Source of the DNA: Dickeya dadantii NCPPB 898 | GTDB lineage: Bacteria > Pseudomonadota > Gammaproteobacteria > Enterobacterales > Enterobacteriaceae | Assembly: GCF_000406145.1 (NCBI RefSeq) | Contig: NZ_CM001976.1 | Location: 3,644,232-3,676,231 of the forward strand | Length of the DNA stretch: 32,000 bases | Reading direction: 5' to 3' | Shown here: positions 1 through 8,565 of the stretch, in pieces | Layout: the number at the start of each line of letters is the position of its first letter | How positions within the stretch are numbered: position 1 is the stretch's first letter | Notes under the pieces: generated by a model | Database searches by the model: none | What the model saw: only the letters and a program-made list of their open reading frames with translations | Told to the model about the DNA's origin: nothing | Made by a program: the position numbers and the translations under genes

Positions 1-41
1 TGAGCGTTGATCCCGTCTTTATTCTGCGACAGGCATAAAAG

Positions 42-70
42 ACAGACGGCGGGAAAACCCCGCCGTCTGT
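42..70. terminator. Bidirectional rho-independent terminator candidate shared by cybB (-) and the + strand gene ending at the left window edge
   Basis: Perfect 12-bp stem acagacggcggg (42-53) / cccgccgtctgt (59-70) with a 5-nt loop. tttat follows on +. ataaaag precedes it, which reads cttttat after the hairpin on the - strand, about 20 nt past the cybB stop. Confidence 0.65.
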
Positions 71-90
71 TTTATCAACAACCATCGATA

Positions 91-624
91 TTATTTCTTG
101 TTAGGCATCATCCGCAGCAGCGTATCGTCGCGCACCACATAGTGATGATACAAGGCGGCTACCGCGTGAAGCCCTACCAGGAAATACCCGGCGTTGGCAA
201 TCAGCTCGTGGATGTTCAGCAATATCTGCTTGATATCTTCATTCGATTCGGCAGCGAACGGCATCGCAATACCGAATATCGACCAGTCGGCGCCGCGATA
301 GTACATGCCCAGCACACCCAGCACCGGCAACGCCAGGAACATCAGATAAAGAAAGCCATGCACGGCATGGGATGCGATCACCAGCAGTCGTCCCGGTGGT
401 GGCGTGATGGGCGGAGTAGGATGGCGAAAGCGCTGTACAACCCGCAGGATCATCAACACCCACACGGACACGCCGCAGCTGTAATGAATAGTCGACATCA
501 GCGCTCGCGCACTACTCCCGCGCGGAGCAAAACCACGTAGCTCCATAGCGGCATAAGTGACTATTACCAGCAGCAATACCAGCCAGTGCAACACAATCTG
601 AGATGAGTGATACTTGGTCTTCAT
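91..624 (-). CDS. cybB: Cytochrome b561 (CybB family), 177 aa
   Basis: ORF 91-648 trimmed to the ATG at 624, which is preceded by AGAAGGAA. MKTKYHSSQIVLHWLV...DDTLLRMMPNKK parallels E. coli CybB (MENKYSRLQISIHWLV...NTLLRMMPRK, from memory). It has four hydrophobic spans with conserved His residues. Paralogues exist, so the symbol is tentative. Confidence 0.85.
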   Translation of the reverse strand: MKTKYHSSQIVLHWLVLLLVIVTYAAMELRGFAPRGSSARALMSTIHYSCGVSVWVLMILRVVQRFRHPTPPITPPPGRLLVIASHAVHGFLYLMFLALPVLGVLGMYYRGADWSIFGIAMPFAAESNEDIKQILLNIHELIANAGYFLVGLHAVAALYHHYVVRDDTLLRMMPNKK

Positions 625-744
625 GGAATTCCTTCTCTGTATGAGCATACAATCAGTGTGTGAATATAAAACGCATACAGCCTAACTTCACTATCTTAAG
701 CTAGCATTAGTTTTTATCCGGCAGCAGCGAAACGTTCTTTTGGA

Positions 745-776
745 CAAAAAAATCCCGCCTTAATGGGAAGGCGGGA
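745..776 (-). terminator. Strong rho-independent terminator on the minus strand, about 235 nt downstream of the LysE-family gene
   Basis: Stem tcccgcctt (753-761) / aaggcggga (768-776) with a 6-nt loop. The A-run at 745-752 on + is a T-run immediately after the hairpin on the - strand. Confidence 0.8.
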
Positions 777-1010
777 AAAATGACTACTCTCTGACAGGGA
801 TAAATAACACAACATCAACAAGGGTTGAGACAAACATTACCAGCTTCAGTGTATAGAACTGTCATCTGTCGGTAAGGTTGGTTGGCGGGATGTAAGTCGA
901 ATTTGACAGGGATAACAGCGTCGAACAGGAGCCGTCGGCCAGGCAAAGAAACGGCAAAAGCGCCCAAGGCATAGAGGGAGGGCGGCCAACGCTGACCGCC
1001 TGCGCGCGCA

Positions 1011-1643
1011 TCAGCGCCGACTATCCACCAGCATCCTTACCGCCAGCCCGGCCAACACCGTTCCCATCAGCCAGCGCTGAACACGTTGCCACAACGGGCG
1101 CTCTGCCAGAAAGGCGGCGATGTACCCTGCCGCCATCACCAGCGACGCATTGACCGTCATGCTGATAGCGATTTGGGTGATGCCCAGCGTCAGCGACTGC
1201 GCCAGCACACTCCCCTGCTCCGGGCGAATAAATTGCGGCAGCAGAGAAAGGTAAAGTATCGCAGCTTTAGGATTCAGCAGGTTGGTGACAAGCCCCATGA
1301 CAAACAGGCGGCGATTGCTGTCCGGTTTCAGTTCGCGCAGTTGGAAAGGCGATGCGCCACCGCGCACAGCCTGCCAGGCCAGCCACAGCAAATAACACGC
1401 GCCGGCGATTCGCAGCACGTCGTAGGCTAGCGGCACGGCCATCATGATGGCGGTAATACCGAGCGCTGCAGCGCTCATATAGAACAGGAACCCCAGCGCG
1501 ACGCCGGATAACGACACCAGGCCGGCTCGCCGCCCCTGACAGACGGTACGCGAGAGCAGATAAATCATATTCGGACCGGGCGTCAACACCAGACCTAACG
1601 CAACTGCGGCAAACGGTAACAACTGGGATGAACTGACCATCAT
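1011..1643 (-). CDS. LysE/RhtB-family amino-acid exporter, 210 aa
   Basis: ORF 1011-1646. The codon at 1646 is TTG; the ATG at 1643 sits 4 nt after GAGG. About six hydrophobic segments. The N-terminal LLPFAAVALGLVLTPGPN and the later LLNPKA motif are typical of the LysE/RhtB family. Confidence 0.8.
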   Translation of the reverse strand: MMVSSSQLLPFAAVALGLVLTPGPNMIYLLSRTVCQGRRAGLVSLSGVALGFLFYMSAAALGITAIMMAVPLAYDVLRIAGACYLLWLAWQAVRGGASPFQLRELKPDSNRRLFVMGLVTNLLNPKAAILYLSLLPQFIRPEQGSVLAQSLTLGITQIAISMTVNASLVMAAGYIAAFLAERPLWQRVQRWLMGTVLAGLAVRMLVDSRR

Positions 1644-1747
1644 CAAACCTCGGCAAACAGCAGACAGCCCTCAGGTGTAACTGTTTTTGCAAACCGCCTC
1701 AATCTCATTTCGTACCTGCCGTCATCATGACATTGCGCCGCCGCCGA

Positions 1748-2401
1748 TTACTCTTCCGGCGGGTAGCGGTAATCCCAGCGGAAAAAACCGTGATCCTGAA
1801 ACGAGCCGGACAGCAACGACTGTTTGCGTGTTTTGACATAGTTCGGCGGCGGACAGGTGACGTTGCACATCCAATAACCGGGAAACCAGCCTCCCATGCC
1901 GGGCAGCCGCGCTATTTTCGCATCCAGCGGGTTAAGCTCCGGCAACGAGTAATAAACGAATTCACCGATAGAGTGCTCAATCCACTCTTCAGCGACCCCC
2001 AGATCCGATAACGGGTTGGGATGCAGCGGCGAACGCGCCAGATCGACAAACTCCTTCACATGGTTCATCGACCAGCCGCAAAACTCCAGCGAGCGCTGCC
2101 GCTCCGCCATTTCGTACAACCGATCTACCGAGATTGCCGGCAGCGGGTCAGGCTGTTCGGGAAAAAATTCATTGTGCTTTTGCAGGCACAACAACAGGTA
2201 AGATGCCACCAGCGCCCCTAACTGGTGGATAACCAGCGCAGGATGCTCGCCTGCGCCGCCACCAATAATCAGATTGTCCGGCGTACAGGAAAAATCATCC
2301 GCACCCCAGGGCGAATCCGTCACCTCTTCAAGCGGATGATAGATTGGCAATCCGTTAAGGAAACCAACCAGTTCGTGTTTGATGGTATCGATGTAGCTCA
2401 T
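1748..2401 (-). CDS. Hypothetical cytoplasmic protein, 217 aa; no family recognised
   Basis: Long ORF with a non-repetitive, acidic, Trp/Pro-rich composition, unlike the GC-shadow ORFs. It is tandem with the LysE-family gene. There is no obvious Shine-Dalgarno before the ATG at 2401. Confidence 0.6.
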   Translation of the reverse strand: MSYIDTIKHELVGFLNGLPIYHPLEEVTDSPWGADDFSCTPDNLIIGGGAGEHPALVIHQLGALVASYLLLCLQKHNEFFPEQPDPLPAISVDRLYEMAERQRSLEFCGWSMNHVKEFVDLARSPLHPNPLSDLGVAEEWIEHSIGEFVYYSLPELNPLDAKIARLPGMGGWFPGYWMCNVTCPPPNYVKTRKQSLLSGSFQDHGFFRWDYRYPPEE

Positions 2402-2654
2402 GGTTACCGGCTTTTAAACAGTCATCAAGACAGATATCGGCGGGGCATGGCCCGGATGGTGTTCTTCGCAGGGTACACTGTGTGCCGCGCCTTCTCCAGA
2501 CCAATCTTTCCAGATCAACCGTTTCCGGAGCACGCTTTACAGTGCGAGACGGATCGTTCCCTAGCCTCAGGTTCACTACTCAGAATAAAGCAGCACAAAA
2601 ACCAACAGTAAACAGTGGTAATAAACAGACTTATTTTCAAATAAAAAAAGTTAA

Positions 2655-3536
<882 letters not shown>

Positions 3537-3604
3537 TCTCCACAGTTGCTCTCTGCAATTGCGCGACCCGCGTCTATTGCCCGTCGCGCTATCTACATAT
3601 TCGC

Positions 3605-3641
3605 ATCCTCACCGCGTCTTACGGCGCGCTGAGGATTTTTC
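3605..3641 (+). terminator. Rho-independent terminator of budC
   Basis: atcctca (3605-3611) / tgaggat (3630-3636), extended by an inner 6-bp helix with a 4-nt loop and followed directly by ttttt (3636-3640). Confidence 0.85.
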
Positions 3642-3903
3642 CTACCTGAATCCTGTTGCGATACACAGAAGAAAAATTAACCAGATTTGTGGTATGGTGG
3701 CAGCCCGGTTGGCAGGCTATGACCAGAGCGTCGCCTCATGCTGGCAGCGCCATGCGCGACGCCGCATGTACCTATGTCCCTGAATATCCAAATCACTCCG
3801 AATAAGAACGCATGGCATCGTGCGCACAGGGACATCGATGTTGGCTGGCGGTCGCCGTCATACAGTCTCCAGCATACAGCCGCCGTCATACAAAGGAGTC
3901 AGG

Positions 3904-4401
3904 ATGATGCAAGACGATGAAATCAACACCGACGATTTGTGGGAACGCCCCGGTTTCCTGATTCGTCGCCTAAACCAGATTCACCATACGGTATTCTTTG
4001 AAGCGCTCAGGGGCGACATCACCCCGCTGCAATACGGTCTGCTGACGGTGGTCAACGCTCGCGGCGGCCTGGACCAGACCATGCTCGGCGCCGAGCTGGG
4101 CACCGACCGTACCACGCTGGCCGGCGCTATTGAACAACTGGAGCTCAAAGGCTATGTCCGGCGCGAAACCCACTATTCCGATCGCCGCCGCAAAACGGTG
4201 GAAATCACGCTTAGGGGCAAAAAGATCCTGAACAAAACCGCCGCCGACATGCATCAGGCGCAGATGAAATTACTGGCGCCGTTACCACCGGCGTCAAGAA
4301 AGGCCTTTATTCAGATGATGAAAACGCTGGTTGAAGGCAACAACCATCGTGGCAGCGTGCCGATCAAACGCTTCAGTTCGCAGACGGAATCGTTCGACTA
4401 A
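3904..4401 (+). CDS. MarR-family transcriptional regulator, 165 aa, contains no cysteine
   Basis: The ATG at 3904 is preceded by AAAGGAG; the ORF-track start at 3820 lacks an RBS. Winged-helix core PLQYGLLTVVNARGGLDQTMLGAELGTDRTTLAGAIEQLELKGYVRRETHYSDRRRKTVEITLRGK is typical MarR. Confidence 0.85.
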   Translation: MMQDDEINTDDLWERPGFLIRRLNQIHHTVFFEALRGDITPLQYGLLTVVNARGGLDQTMLGAELGTDRTTLAGAIEQLELKGYVRRETHYSDRRRKTVEITLRGKKILNKTAADMHQAQMKLLAPLPPASRKAFIQMMKTLVEGNNHRGSVPIKRFSSQTESFD

Positions 4402-4408
4402 ACCACCG

Positions 4409-4451
4409 TACCGGAAAGCCCGTTACCAGAAGCGCCGCGAGCTTTCCGGTA
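4409..4451 (+). terminator. Stem-loop just after the MarR gene stop (possible terminator)
   Basis: 11-bp perfect stem taccggaaagc (4409-4419) / gctttccggta (4441-4451) with a 21-nt loop. There is no clean T-run afterwards. Confidence 0.4.
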
Positions 4452-4860
4452 TGACGCTTTACATGCGCCCTTCACGCCCACCCACGCGTTATTCCCTTTT
4501 CCGATTATTGTCCGTGGTTGCCTTCACCGTTTTCCTTATTCCCTATTCAGGGCATGCCTATTAATTCGATAGAAACAACTGCCATTATCCGTTGTGTCAA
4601 AAACGGTAAAGTACCTGCAGTTGCTGTGAGTCTTTGCGACTCGCCAGTAACACCGGTGGTAGCCACACCTCCGACCATAAGCGAAAAAACCGTTGCCCGT
4701 CATGACGACAGGTAAAACGTATTCACCAGTTGGGCAGCGTTGTTATCAGCTTTCCCTGATGGTGAATTTTCTCTGCTTATAGCTTCGAGCAGTGCAATGG
4801 ACTCACAGCAATAACCAAACCCTATTGTTGATAATAATCATACGGAAGATGAGGAAAGTT

Positions 4861-6408
4861 ATGAGCAATCACACCGCTACACATCGTGTCCCCGGCTGGC
4901 AAAAGCCGCTGGTGATCGTGTCTTCACTGTTGATGGCCTATCCGGCGATGGCCGATGTTCTGACTCGCGACAACGGCGCGCCGGTGGGCGACAACCAGAA
5001 CTCGCAAACCGCCGGTCCCAACGGCCCGGTTCTGTTACAGGACGTTCAGTTGCTGCAAAAACTGCAACGTTTTGATCGTGAACGTATTCCGGAACGCGTG
5101 GTTCACGCCCGCGGCACCGGCGCACATGGGGAATTCACCGCCACCGAGGATATTTCGGACCTGACCATCGCCGAAGTGTTCAAAAAAGGCAGCGAAACAC
5201 CGGTATTCGTGCGTTTCTCCAGCGTAGTACACGGTAATCATTCCCCGGAAACCCTGCGCGACCCGCGCGGCTTCGCCACCAAGTTCTATACTACCCAAGG
5301 CAACTGGGATCTGGTCGGCAACAACTTCCCCACCTTTTTCATCCGCGACGCCATCAAGTTCCCGGACATGGTGCACGCGTTCAAGCCCGACCCGCGCACC
5401 AATCAGGATAATGACGGACGCCGGTTCGATTTCTTCTCTCACGTACCAGAATCCATCCGTACCCTGACCCTGCTCTACTCCAACGAAGGCACGCCGGCCA
5501 GCTATCGCAACATGGACGGCAACGGCGTCCATGCCTACAAGCTGGTCAACGCCAAAGGCGAAGTGCATTACGTCAAATTCCATTGGAAAACCCTGCAGGG
5601 CGTGAAGAATCTCGACCCGAAACAGGTGGAGGAAGTTCAGGGCAAGGATTACAGCCACCTGACCAACGATCTGGTGGCAGCCATCAACCGCGGCGATTAC
5701 CCGAAATGGGATCTCTACATTCAGGTGTTGACGCCGGACGATCTGGCTAAGTTCGATTTTAACCCGCTGGACGCCACCAAAATCTGGCCGGGTGTACCCG
5801 AGCGTAAAATCGGCCAGATGGTACTGAACAAGAACCCGGACAACTTCTTCCAGGAAACCGAGCAGGTCGCTATGGCGCCCGCGAATCTGGTGCCGGGGAT
5901 CGAAGCGTCTGAAGACCGGCTGCTGCAAGGCCGTCTGTTCTCTTACGCCGATACCCAAATGTACCGGCTGGGCGCTAACGGCCTGAGTCTGCCGATCAAT
6001 GCCCCGCTGAAACAAGCCAACAACATCAATCAGGATGGCAGCCTGAACAGCGGCCACACGCAAGACAAAGGGGTGAACTATCAGCCGAGCCGTCTGTATC
6101 CGCGTGAAGAGTTAACCTCCGCGCGCTACAGCCAGGCGCCGCTCAGCGGCACCACCCAGCAGCGCAAGATCCAGAAGGAGCAGAACTTCAGGCAGACTGG
6201 TGAACTGTATCGCTCCTACAGCAAAAAAGATCAGGACGACCTGGTGCAAAGCCTGGGCTCCGCGCTGGCGATGGCCGACACCGAAAGCAAGACCATCATG
6301 CTTTCTTATTTCTACAAGGCCGACGCGACCTACGGCACCCGTCTGACCGACGTCGCCAAAGGCGACCTGAGCAAAGTACAGTCGCTGGCCAGCAAACTGG
6401 CTGACTAA
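4861..6408 (+). CDS. Monofunctional haem catalase with an N-terminal Sec-type signal peptide (periplasmic), 515 aa
   Basis: The ATG at 4861 sits 6 nt after GAGG. Signal-like KPLVIVSSLLMAYPAMA|DVLTRDNG. Catalase core motifs: FDRERIPERVVHARG.GAHG, RFSSV, RDPRGFA.KFYT, GNWDLVGNN.P.FFIRD, RLFSY.DTQ.YRLG. Confidence 0.93.
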   Translation: MSNHTATHRVPGWQKPLVIVSSLLMAYPAMADVLTRDNGAPVGDNQNSQTAGPNGPVLLQDVQLLQKLQRFDRERIPERVVHARGTGAHGEFTATEDISDLTIAEVFKKGSETPVFVRFSSVVHGNHSPETLRDPRGFATKFYTTQGNWDLVGNNFPTFFIRDAIKFPDMVHAFKPDPRTNQDNDGRRFDFFSHVPESIRTLTLLYSNEGTPASYRNMDGNGVHAYKLVNAKGEVHYVKFHWKTLQGVKNLDPKQVEEVQGKDYSHLTNDLVAAINRGDYPKWDLYIQVLTPDDLAKFDFNPLDATKIWPGVPERKIGQMVLNKNPDNFFQETEQVAMAPANLVPGIEASEDRLLQGRLFSYADTQMYRLGANGLSLPINAPLKQANNINQDGSLNSGHTQDKGVNYQPSRLYPREELTSARYSQAPLSGTTQQRKIQKEQNFRQTGELYRSYSKKDQDDLVQSLGSALAMADTESKTIMLSYFYKADATYGTRLTDVAKGDLSKVQSLASKLAD

Positions 6409-6416
6409 CTGAACGT

Positions 6417-6445
6417 CGCCGCCCGGACATCTCATCCGGGCGGCG
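6417..6445 (+). other. Intercistronic GC-rich stem-loop between the catalase and ankyrin genes
   Basis: cgccgcccgga (6417-6427) / tccgggcggcg (6435-6445), an 11-bp stem with a 7-nt loop and no T-run. It more likely acts as an mRNA-stability or partial-attenuation element than as a full terminator. Confidence 0.5.
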
Positions 6446-6468
6446 CCAACGACCAGGGAACCGTCATC

Positions 6469-7062
6469 ATGAAACCATTTCGTCTCTTTCTCTGCCTGCT
6501 GGCGTTGACGCTGACAACCGCGCAGGCGCAGCAACCCACGGCGCCGGTCGCCCCACCGGCATCGGTCTCCAACGCCCCCGCCGCGCCAGCACTAAATGAA
6601 CGCCAGGTTCAGAGCCAGCTCAATCAGTATTTGTGGGATGCCGCCCGCACCGGCAACGACGCCGTGATCCAGGAATTCATCAACGCCGGTTATAACCTCA
6701 ATACGCGCGATGAAAAGGGCTACAGCGCGGTCATTCTGGCCGCTTACCACGGTCATTACGACACGGTTTCGCTGCTGCTCAACCACGGCGCAGACCCTTG
6801 CCAGCAGGATAATCGCGGCAACACCGCACTGATGGGCGCGGCGTTCAAAGGCGAGCTGAAAATTGCCCGCCTGCTGCTGGCGGCCAAATGCAATCCGGAT
6901 ACCCGCAACCACGCCGGGCAGACCGCCGCGATGTATGCATCATTATTTCAGCGTGCGGAAATTCTCAAGGCGTTACAGGAACAGGGCGCGGATATGAATG
7001 CCACCGACGCGATGGGCAACAGCGTGCAGGCGTTGGGAAAAGGGGAAGTAAAAGGGCAATAA
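6469..7062 (+). CDS. ankB: Secreted ankyrin-repeat protein, AnkB-like catalase partner, 197 aa
   Basis: Signal peptide MKPFRLFLCLLALTLTTAQA. About four ankyrin repeats (G.SA.ILAA..GH...V.LLL.HGADP; GNTALM.AA..G...A.LLL). It lies 60 bp downstream of the catalase, as in the Pseudomonas katB-ankB operon. Confidence 0.8.
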   Translation: MKPFRLFLCLLALTLTTAQAQQPTAPVAPPASVSNAPAAPALNERQVQSQLNQYLWDAARTGNDAVIQEFINAGYNLNTRDEKGYSAVILAAYHGHYDTVSLLLNHGADPCQQDNRGNTALMGAAFKGELKIARLLLAAKCNPDTRNHAGQTAAMYASLFQRAEILKALQEQGADMNATDAMGNSVQALGKGEVKGQ

Positions 7063-7085
7063 CCGAAGTGTGTCACCTAAAATAG

Positions 7086-7124
7086 CACGCCCCGCATGAA
7101 TCAATAACTTTCAGGCGGGGCGTG
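7086..7124. terminator. Shared hairpin between convergent ankB (+) and mgtS (-)
   Basis: cacgccccgc (7086-7095) / gcggggcgtg (7115-7124), a 10-bp stem with a 19-nt loop. On the - strand it is followed by ctatttta. Confidence 0.5.
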
Positions 7125-7149
7125 TGGTATCAGGCTGGGTTAGCATGAT

Positions 7150-7245
7150 TTAGTCATCCCATTTGGGGCTCAGAAAAGCGGCCAGAAATCCCGGAACAAC
7201 GATAACGGCCAATATCGCTAAATAAACAGTGACCTGTTCGATCAT
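7150..7245 (-). CDS. mgtS: MgtS (YneM) small inner-membrane protein, 31 aa; not in the supplied ORF track
   Basis: GGAGG then ttgtt then ATG (7245). Translation MIEQVTVYLAILAVIVVPGFLAAFLSPKWDD, compared with E. coli MgtS MLGNMNVFMAVLGIILFSGFLAAYFSHKWDD (from memory). Same length, a single TM segment, and the C-terminal GFLAA.(F/L)S.KWDD is conserved. Confidence 0.8.
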   Translation of the reverse strand: MIEQVTVYLAILAVIVVPGFLAAFLSPKWDD

Positions 7246-7857
7246 AACAACCTCCTACATCTGCATGTAACACGACCTCATGGTTTAACGACGCTTTCGC
7301 TCACTACACGATGATTTTATCGGCCGAAAGTTAAGCAAACATTAATATCTCGTTTATTGGTAAAAAATCAGAGCAGGACGAAAAACCTCAAATGACAGAT
7401 TCCCGTTCTCGTTTTCCAGCATCACGTTGGGTGCATCTACCGCCGATACATATAGTCACCCCCATCATAACCACTTGGTTAAAAAGCAGTTATTAGTAAA
7501 CAACGGTGCATTGCTCACGGAGAAAATTATACGCATGAATATATATTTAATTGTATATGCAGATTATTGATAATAATAAAAACCTATATTTATTGTCAGC
7601 AACACAAGAAAACAAAGAAAAAATGTAATGCTTTTTGATCACGCCGACCGCCAGCCTGTCATTACAAAAAATCGTATAAAAATACCGACCTTAAAAAAGC
7701 AGTTATAAGCCAGGCTGACAGACGACTAATACCCGCCACATCAGTATTTGTCGCGATTTTCCACATCGAAAGATTCCAGCGTCAAAGACTGATTACCCTG
7801 CCCGGCCTCTTCTTTCAGGGCAAAGGCGTCGAAGCTGTAGTCCATGGGGAGATAACA

Positions 7858-8205
7858 TCAACGGGCGACACTGACTTCCAGCGTCATACGAAACTGCTCG
7901 AACTCCACGTCAAAATCGTTATATTCAACCGTTTTATACGGTTTCAATACGGCCAGCGCCGTGCGTACCTGTTCACGCAAAGCGCGGGCCGCCGCCACGG
8001 TGTGGGCATAGCAATCAACGCTGACGGTAATGTACTGGTTCGCCAGTTGTTGTGTGCTGTTATAATTATTTTCCTGACTCAGAGAAAAAAGAATAAATGC
8101 GCATTGCTGATAAGACGAATGGTATAAACAACAAGGTACAGCATAGGAATAAACACGACCATCAGCCAGCTTACCCAGCAGCGGATAAATATCTTCTTCA
8201 GTCAT
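7858..8205 (-). CDS. Orphan phage tail-completion / head-tail joining-like protein (DUF3168-like), 115 aa
   Basis: IYPLLGKLADGRVYSYAVP ... ITVSVDCYAHTVAAARALREQVRTAL ... FDVEFEQFRMTLEVSV follows the DUF3168 / SPP1 gp17-like pattern as I remember it. The ATG at 8205 has a weak AAGG RBS. The ORF could extend to the ATG at 8343, which has no RBS. No other phage genes are nearby. Confidence 0.5.
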   Translation of the reverse strand: MTEEDIYPLLGKLADGRVYSYAVPCCLYHSSYQQCAFILFSLSQENNYNSTQQLANQYITVSVDCYAHTVAAARALREQVRTALAVLKPYKTVEYNDFDVEFEQFRMTLEVSVAR

Positions 8206-8422
8206 TTCTGTCAGCCTTATTTTTAAAGTACGTATATCGCAAACCTGTTTTACCAGCGCAAAGCCGTTAAAATGGTAAATCCCGAGTAAAACGTTGCGTT
8301 GCTTCGGTGGTGATAATAAAGAGAAATCACCTGATGCGCGCATGGTTCATGTTGTGCCATAGGCCGGCAATAAGCCAAAAGGCAAAACGCCACAAATATC
8401 CATATGTCGCCCACGGACACGG

Positions 8423-8460
8423 TAAAAAAGTCAGGTCGACGGAAAATACGCGGCCTGACT
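8423..8460 (-). terminator. Orphan minus-strand terminator-like hairpin upstream of the phage-like gene
   Basis: agtcagg (8429-8435) / cctgact (8454-8460) with an 18-nt loop. The adjacent A-run on + (8424-8429; a8429 also closes the stem) is the T-run that follows the hairpin on the - strand. No CDS ends here. Confidence 0.4.
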
Positions 8461-8565
8461 ACAGCACATCACCTTGTGTGATAAATACCGCAATTTAAAA
8501 AAACATGACGCCGCTTGCAGAATACGGCACGCATCCGCCCAATACCGAAAAATCACCTATACCCT

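Noticed and set aside
7-540. 177-aa + strand ORF at the left edge
   Set aside because: It is entirely antisense to the well-supported cybB gene, has an His/Arg/Gln-rich low-complexity composition, and has no RBS. It is a shadow ORF.
4331-4715. ORFs 4331-4564 and 4518-4715 in the MarR-catalase spacer
   Set aside because: They have no RBS, resemble nothing I recognise, and overlap the MarR 3' end and its hairpin. I treat them as non-coding.
4823-4843. Fur-box-like tattgttGATAATAATCATac just upstream of the catalase RBS; I also searched for an OxyR tetranucleotide pattern around 4770-4840
   Set aside because: Only about 12 of 19 positions match the Fur consensus, in locally AT-rich DNA. The ATAG/CTAT spacing required for OxyR is not met. 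It more likely just contains the -10 element.
7282-7298. PhoP-box-like GGTTTA-N5-GCTTTC on the + strand near mgtS
   Set aside because: The second half-site matches only 4 of 6 positions, and the distance to any -10 is not canonical. I kept it as a pointer in a finding but did not call it as a feature.
7741-7845. 34-codon minus-strand ORF (MDYSFDAFALKEEAGQGNQSLTLESFDVENRDKY) in the same frame as the phage-like gene, separated from it by TGA plus four codons
   Set aside because: It could mark a nonsense-interrupted longer gene or read-through. However, DUF3168-like proteins normally end where the upstream ORF ends. There is no SD, no SECIS-like structure that I can see, and 34 codons can be open by chance.
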